Origin: Arcobacteraceae bacterium
GTDB lineage: Bacteria > Campylobacterota > Campylobacteria > Campylobacterales > Arcobacteraceae
Reading direction: 5' to 3'
Assembly: GCA_963662945.1 (NCBI GenBank)
Contig: OY759974.1
Coordinates: forward strand, 961,436 to 1,025,435
DNA: 64,000 nucleotides
The notes under the pieces were generated by a model. The model saw only the letters and a program-made list of their open reading frames with translations. It ran no database searches and was not told the origin of the DNA. The position numbers and the translations under genes are program-made. Positions 59,533 through 64,000 of the stretch are shown piece after piece. Each line of letters starts with the position of its first letter. The stretch's first letter is position 1.

Positions 59533-60291
59533 ATGTTTGATATCATATCCCAAAGTAGCACAAGAATAAAAACAGGTGTTGTTTTAGTTATTGCACTCTT
59601 ATTGATTGGCTTAATTGATTCTTTCTTTCTTATTTGGCTTTTATTTGGCGGATTAATGCTAGTTGCTCTATATGAAGCTATGAATCTATTTAATATCAAT
59701 GATGACAAAATTTATATTTATGCTATTTGCATATGGATTGTTGCCTTATTTTATCCAAAACCAGAAGATATAGTATTTGTAGTGGGAATTATTTTTGCTT
59801 CTATTTTAGCATATACAAAAAATTTGAATAAAGAATTATTTCTCCCATTAATGTATCCTATTGCATCATATTTATTTTTACTTTCACTTTATATTTCATT
59901 TGGAATAGAAAGCTTACTATGGTTACTTGTTGTAGTAGCTGGTGCTGATGTGGGTGCATATTTTGTTGGGAAAAGTTTTGGTTCAACTCCCTTTTGTGCA
60001 ACAAGTCCAAATAAAACTTTAGAAGGTGTATTTGGGGGAATTGCAACTGCCGCTATTCTTGGAGTTACCTTTAGTTTAGATTCCGTTGGATTTTGGTATG
60101 CATTAATTATTTCAGTTATTGTTGCAATTGCATCTGTTTTTGGTGATCTATTTGAAAGTTACTTAAAAAGAGAAGCTGATGTAAAAGATAGTGGAGATAT
60201 ACTCCCAGGTCACGGTGGAATTTTGGATAGAACTGATGGATATTTATTTGGTGGTATTGTGATGTTAGTATTATTAAGGCTAGTTAGTTGA
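59533..60291 (+). CDS. cdsA: Phosphatidate cytidylyltransferase
   Basis: 252 aa, polytopic. Signature SYLKREADVKDSGDILPGHGGILDRTD. Confidence 0.87.
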   Translation: MFDIISQSSTRIKTGVVLVIALLLIGLIDSFFLIWLLFGGLMLVALYEAMNLFNINDDKIYIYAICIWIVALFYPKPEDIVFVVGIIFASILAYTKNLNKELFLPLMYPIASYLFLLSLYISFGIESLLWLLVVVAGADVGAYFVGKSFGSTPFCATSPNKTLEGVFGGIATAAILGVTFSLDSVGFWYALIISVIVAIASVFGDLFESYLKREADVKDSGDILPGHGGILDRTDGYLFGGIVMLVLLRLVS

Positions 60292-61358
60292 TAGTATTAG
60301 GAACTACTGGTTCAATTGGTGTCAATACTTTAGAAATTGCAAAAAAATTTAATCTCGATATTGAAGTAATGGTTGCTGGAAATAATATAGAACTACTCAA
60401 TGAACAATTAAAATATTTTTCTCCAGAAATTGTTATTATAGCTCAAGAAAAAGATATTCATAAAGTAAATCATCACAATGTAAAAGCTGGTGAATTAGCA
60501 ATTTTAGAAGCTATAGAGGAATCATCTTCAAACCTTGTTGTTAATGCACTTGTTGGTTTTTTTGGACTACAACCAACTTTAAGAGCTATTCATTGTGGCA
60601 AAAGAGTTGCTCTTGCAAATAAAGAATCACTTGTAGTTGCGGGACAATTCATTGATACTTCATACATAACTCCAATAGATAGTGAACATTTTGGATTATG
60701 GTATTTAATGGATACTCAAAAATCAATAGCAAGTTTAACAGTTACCGCAAGTGGAGGGAGTTTTAGAGACTATCCAATAGAAAAACTTTCTAATGTTACT
60801 ATCAAAGAGGCTCTAAATCATCCAAATTGGTCTATGGGAAATAAAATTACTATTGATAGTGCAACAATGACAAATAAACTCTTTGAACTTATAGAAGCTA
60901 GATGGCTTTTTGATACAACTTCTTGTGATGCAATTATTGAAACAAAATCTATTATTCATGCTATGATTAACTACAAAGATGGGAGTACAACAGCACATTT
61001 AGCCAATGCAAATATGCAATTGCCTATAGCTTATGCTATAATGGGAGAGGTCAAAGAACAAATTTTAAAACCTGTGAATCTTTTAGAATTACAAAATTTG
61101 GAATTTAAAGAGATAAAACAAGAGAGATATCCTATTTGGGAAATCAAAAATGAAGTTCTGCATAACAAAGATTTAGGTGTAGTGTTAAATGCTGCAAATG
61201 AAGTAGCAGTTGCAAAGTTTTTACAAGGGGAAATTGGATTTTTAGATATTGCTAAAAAAACTCTTGATGCTATGAACAAGTTTCATAGTCCAAAAATAGA
61301 ATATATTGATGATATATTCCAAGTTGATAAAGAAGTAAGGAGATATGTAAATGGATAG
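60288..61358 (+). CDS. dxr: 1-deoxy-D-xylulose 5-phosphate reductoisomerase
   Basis: 356 aa, TTG start. Motifs GTTGSIG, LANKES, DSEH and NHPNWSMG. Confidence 0.92.
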   Translation: MIVLGTTGSIGVNTLEIAKKFNLDIEVMVAGNNIELLNEQLKYFSPEIVIIAQEKDIHKVNHHNVKAGELAILEAIEESSSNLVVNALVGFFGLQPTLRAIHCGKRVALANKESLVVAGQFIDTSYITPIDSEHFGLWYLMDTQKSIASLTVTASGGSFRDYPIEKLSNVTIKEALNHPNWSMGNKITIDSATMTNKLFELIEARWLFDTTSCDAIIETKSIIHAMINYKDGSTTAHLANANMQLPIAYAIMGEVKEQILKPVNLLELQNLEFKEIKQERYPIWEIKNEVLHNKDLGVVLNAANEVAVAKFLQGEIGFLDIAKKTLDAMNKFHSPKIEYIDDIFQVDKEVRRYVNG

Positions 61359-61626
61359 TATGATGATACCTTTTATTATGCTTCTTATTATCACAATAGC
61401 TTTAATATTAGAAAGACGATATCATGAAGATAAGATTGTAAATATTTATGAAGATAAATTTGAACAATGGAAACAACATTCAACGCATCAAGAGGAAAAA
61501 CAAAAACCTAAAGAATTAGTTGGATTAGTATTTTTAGAAGATGAACAATTAAATATTGAATTATTAGATAATAAAGTATTAGATAGACTTGAAAGAAAAA
61601 AATACTCTATAAAACAAAAGGGGTAA
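61351..61626 (+). CDS. Hypothetical small membrane-anchored protein
   Basis: 91 aa. One N-terminal TM helix and a charged C-terminus. Overlaps the dxr stop. Confidence 0.35.
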   Translation: MDSMMIPFIMLLIITIALILERRYHEDKIVNIYEDKFEQWKQHSTHQEEKQKPKELVGLVFLEDEQLNIELLDNKVLDRLERKKYSIKQKG

Positions 61627-61629
61627 TCT

Positions 61630-62064
61630 ATGAAGGTATTATATTTTTTATTAATCTTTGCTAATTTATTATTGGCAAACAAACTTACAAAAAGTGGTGA
61701 TTATGTTATAGATGATGCTAATAAATTAATGTGGCAAGATACCTATGATAATGTTAAACATCGATATACTCAAGAACAAGCAGTGGAATATTGTGAAAAC
61801 CTTGTTTTAAGTGGCTTCTCAGATTGGTATCTTCCAACTGCAGATAATTATAGAACCATAATAGATAAAACAAGAGTTAAAGAAGAACTTATGATTAATC
61901 GTGCATTTAAATACATCTTACCCGATAATTATTGGACAAGCGACAGAACATGGATAAGAAATTTTGGGCTGTATGGATATTTTGTATTTTTTAAAAGTGG
62001 TGCCATATACTATCAAAATAGAAACTATAAGAAATTTGCACGATGCGTAAGAGAAATTAAATAA
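61630..62064 (+). CDS. Secreted DUF1566 (Lcl C-terminal domain-like) protein
   Basis: 144 aa. Signal peptide. LMWQD and DWYLPTADNY motifs typical of DUF1566. Confidence 0.6.
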   Translation: MKVLYFLLIFANLLLANKLTKSGDYVIDDANKLMWQDTYDNVKHRYTQEQAVEYCENLVLSGFSDWYLPTADNYRTIIDKTRVKEELMINRAFKYILPDNYWTSDRTWIRNFGLYGYFVFFKSGAIYYQNRNYKKFARCVREIK

Positions 62065-62603
62065 TGAAAAAAGTTTTAATCCTTCATGGTTGGGGAGGAA
62101 GCCACGAACCTCATTGGCAATGGTGGCTAAATCAGGAACTTCCAAAACATAATTTTAAAGTTTCATTTCCAAGTTTACCAAATGAGGACTATCCTCAGCT
62201 TGAACAATGGTTAGAATTCTTAAAAAATGAATTTAACAGATTTCAACCTGATATTGTAGTATGTCATTCTTTAGCAAATATTTTATGGTTTCATTTTGTA
62301 GAAAAGTTTTCTATCAAAGAAATTGAAAAACTAATGCTTGTAGCACCTGTAAGAAAAAATTGCAACATAAAAGAGTTACAAACATTTTTTCCATATCCAA
62401 TTCCTACAGATTTAAAAGCAAAAGAGATAATCATGGTAGCTAGTGATAATGATATTTATCTTAATGTAGAAGAAGCAATAAAACTTCAAAGTAAACTGAA
62501 TGTTGGACTAAAAATACTAGAAAATGCAGGTCACATAAATGCTGATAGTGGTTTTGGAGAACTTCCTTGTGCAGTAGATTGGATAAAAAGAGAAATTGAA
62601 TAA
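62064..62603 (+). CDS. YdeN/RBBP9-type serine hydrolase
   Basis: 179 aa. ILHGWGGSHEPHWQWWL N-terminus, CHSLAN nucleophile region, C-terminal AGHIN. Confidence 0.7.
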   Translation: MKKVLILHGWGGSHEPHWQWWLNQELPKHNFKVSFPSLPNEDYPQLEQWLEFLKNEFNRFQPDIVVCHSLANILWFHFVEKFSIKEIEKLMLVAPVRKNCNIKELQTFFPYPIPTDLKAKEIIMVASDNDIYLNVEEAIKLQSKLNVGLKILENAGHINADSGFGELPCAVDWIKREIE

Positions 62604-63608
62604 ATGATATTAAGTATAGAATCAAGTTGCGATGATAGTAGTATTGCAATTACTGAAATAAAAACAAAAAAATTGATATTTCATAAAAAAATATCACAAG
62701 AGATACAACATAGTATTTATGGTGGAGTTGTTCCAGAATTAGCAGCTAGACTTCATATCGAAGCTTTACCAAAAATACTAGAAGAGTGTCAACCTTTTTT
62801 TAAAGATTTAAAAGCTATTGCCGTTACAAATGCACCTGGTCTCTCTGTTACACTTACAGAAGGTGTAACTATGGCAAAAGCTTTAAGTATAAGCTTACAT
62901 TTACCTCTTATTGCAGTAAACCATCTAAAAGGTCATATATATTCACTTTTCATAGAAAAAGAAGCAAAATTTCCTTGTACTATTTTACTAGTTTCGGGTG
63001 GTCACACACAACTTATAGAAGCAAAAAATTTTAATGATATGAAAATCATAGGTTCTACAATTGATGATAGTTTTGGAGAAAGTTTTGATAAAGTATCTAA
63101 AATGTTAGGTCTGGGATATCCAGGAGGTCCTATTGTGCAAGAAAAAGCACTTCAAGGTAATAATACTACTTATGATTTTCCAATTCCACTAAGACAAAGT
63201 CCACATATAGAATTTAGTTATAGTGGATTGAAAAATGCCGTAAGAATGGCAATTGAAAAAGAGGAAAATAACAATAACCTCAATGGACAAACTATAGCAA
63301 ATATCTGTGCTAGTTTTCAAACTACTGCTGTTGCACATATAGTTATGAAACTCAAAAAATATTTTAAAACAAATCCACCTACAACTTTTGCCATAGTTGG
63401 AGGGGCTAGTGCAAATGTTGAACTAAGAAGCACTATTGAAACGTTATGTAAAAAATATGATGCAAAACTTTTACTCTCTTCTTTAGAATTTTGTAGTGAT
63501 AATGCAGCTATGATAGGGAGAGTTGCGGTGGAGCAATATTTAGAAAATGATTTTGTATCCTATAACGATATAGATGTTCAAAGTAGAATCAAAGAGAGAA
63601 CTTTTTAG
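62604..63608 (+). CDS. tsaD: tRNA N6-adenosine threonylcarbamoyltransferase
   Basis: 334 aa. Motifs [32 protein letters not shown] and GGASAN. Confidence 0.92.
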   Translation: MILSIESSCDDSSIAITEIKTKKLIFHKKISQEIQHSIYGGVVPELAARLHIEALPKILEECQPFFKDLKAIAVTNAPGLSVTLTEGVTMAKALSISLHLPLIAVNHLKGHIYSLFIEKEAKFPCTILLVSGGHTQLIEAKNFNDMKIIGSTIDDSFGESFDKVSKMLGLGYPGGPIVQEKALQGNNTTYDFPIPLRQSPHIEFSYSGLKNAVRMAIEKEENNNNLNGQTIANICASFQTTAVAHIVMKLKKYFKTNPPTTFAIVGGASANVELRSTIETLCKKYDAKLLLSSLEFCSDNAAMIGRVAVEQYLENDFVSYNDIDVQSRIKERTF

Positions 63609-63617
63609 TTCATTATT

Positions 63618-64000
63618 CTAAAAATCTCTAGGATTGTTTAAAGCCTCTTCTACAAAAGAAAGATATTCTTCTCTTAATATATTTTTTGCTCCAAAAGAAG
63701 CTAAATAATCTGTATAAATTTGACTATCTATAAGTGCAAATCCATTTTTTTTCAATCTTTCTACAAGTTCTACAAAAGCTACTTTACTTGCATCACTTTT
63801 AAGAGCAAACATTGATTCTCCACAAAAAATATTACCTATAACTACTCCATAACCGCCACCCACAAGTTTGCCATCAAAATAAGATTCAAAACTGTGTGCA
63901 TGCCCTGCTTGATGTAAATCACAATATGCCTCAATCATATCATCAGTAATCCAAGTCCCCTCTTGATCTGGTCTTTTTGCTTTAGCACACTCTTTTATGA
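63618..64000 (-). CDS. aat: Leucyl/phenylalanyl-tRNA--protein transferase (3' part; the N-terminus lies beyond the right edge)
   Basis: GESMFALKSDASKVAFVELVERLKKNGFALIDSQIYTDYLASFGAKNILREEY. The frame stays open upstream of the track's internal Met, reading IKECAKAKRPDQEGTWITDDMIEAY up to position 64000. Confidence 0.85.
   Translation of the reverse strand, partial: IKECAKAKRPDQEGTWITDDMIEAYCDLHQAGHAHSFESYFDGKLVGGGYGVVIGNIFCGESMFALKSDASKVAFVELVERLKKNGFALIDSQIYTDYLASFGAKNILREEYLSFVEEALNNPRDF

Noticed and set aside
4210-61682. Many 60-145-aa ORFs embedded antisense or out of frame within long genes (for example 4263..4595, 18711..19034, 27145..27420, 32590..33027, 34921..35322, 46256..46588, 53272..53559)
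   Set aside because: Each lies wholly inside a confidently identified longer gene, has low-complexity or AT-codon-driven composition (L/F/I/S/K-rich), and has no motif of its own.
1-64000. A search for mobile elements, prophage, defence islands, tRNA/rRNA genes and CRISPR
   Set aside because: I recognised no integrase, transposase, recombinase, phage structural protein, cas gene, restriction-modification gene or toxin-antitoxin pair. I saw no tRNA-like or rRNA-like sequence and no long inverted repeats. The only nuclease-like gene is the small stand-alone HNH protein at 30994..31308.

Overview
AT-rich, gene-dense chromosomal window. The housekeeping genes (mog, aroB, mutY, thiE, accD, metK, glmS, ung, purH, moaA, purL, cdsA, dxr, tsaD, aat) and the overall protein character suggest a Campylobacterota, Arcobacter-like genome; this is inference only. 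I saw no rRNA, tRNA, CRISPR array, transposase, integrase or prophage genes. Three regions stand out. (1) 1-4095: the 5' part of a giant minus-strand surface-protein gene that is missing from the ORF track because it has no stop in the window. It contains at least 10.4 nucleotide-identical 315-bp (105-codon) tandem repeats encoding Ig-like adhesin modules. (2) 37425-59477: a ~22-kb, ~26-gene, mostly translationally coupled cluster. It has the full parts list of a type II PKS-like aryl-polyene pathway (2 ACP, 2 KS + 2 Cys-less CLF-like partners, 2 small hotdog dehydratases, FabG, adenylating ligase, GT2, LPLAT acyltransferase, LolA-like, MMPL, ABC-2). It also has a DarA/DarB dialkylresorcinol pair, a BtrH-like protein, an MIO aromatic ammonia-lyase and a flavin-dependent halogenase. 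This is a flexirubin-type (aryl-polyene + dialkylresorcinol) pigment locus in a lineage where I do not know of one having been characterised, and it is my main candidate for the interesting system. (3) 22691-26523: a polytopic membrane protein with CydA-like N-terminal features fused to a C-terminal CxxCH cytochrome c domain. It sits with a second polytopic partner, an orphan response regulator and a periplasmic monoheme cytochrome c. Smaller observations are an FtsH paralogue with a degenerate protease motif, a repeat-rich metK leader with a 20-codon uORF, a small patch of unknown genes with an HNH protein and a 445-bp non-coding gap, and an unlisted 40-aa lipoprotein ORF. All family assignments come from motif reading by eye and from memory of family signatures. 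No database search was run.
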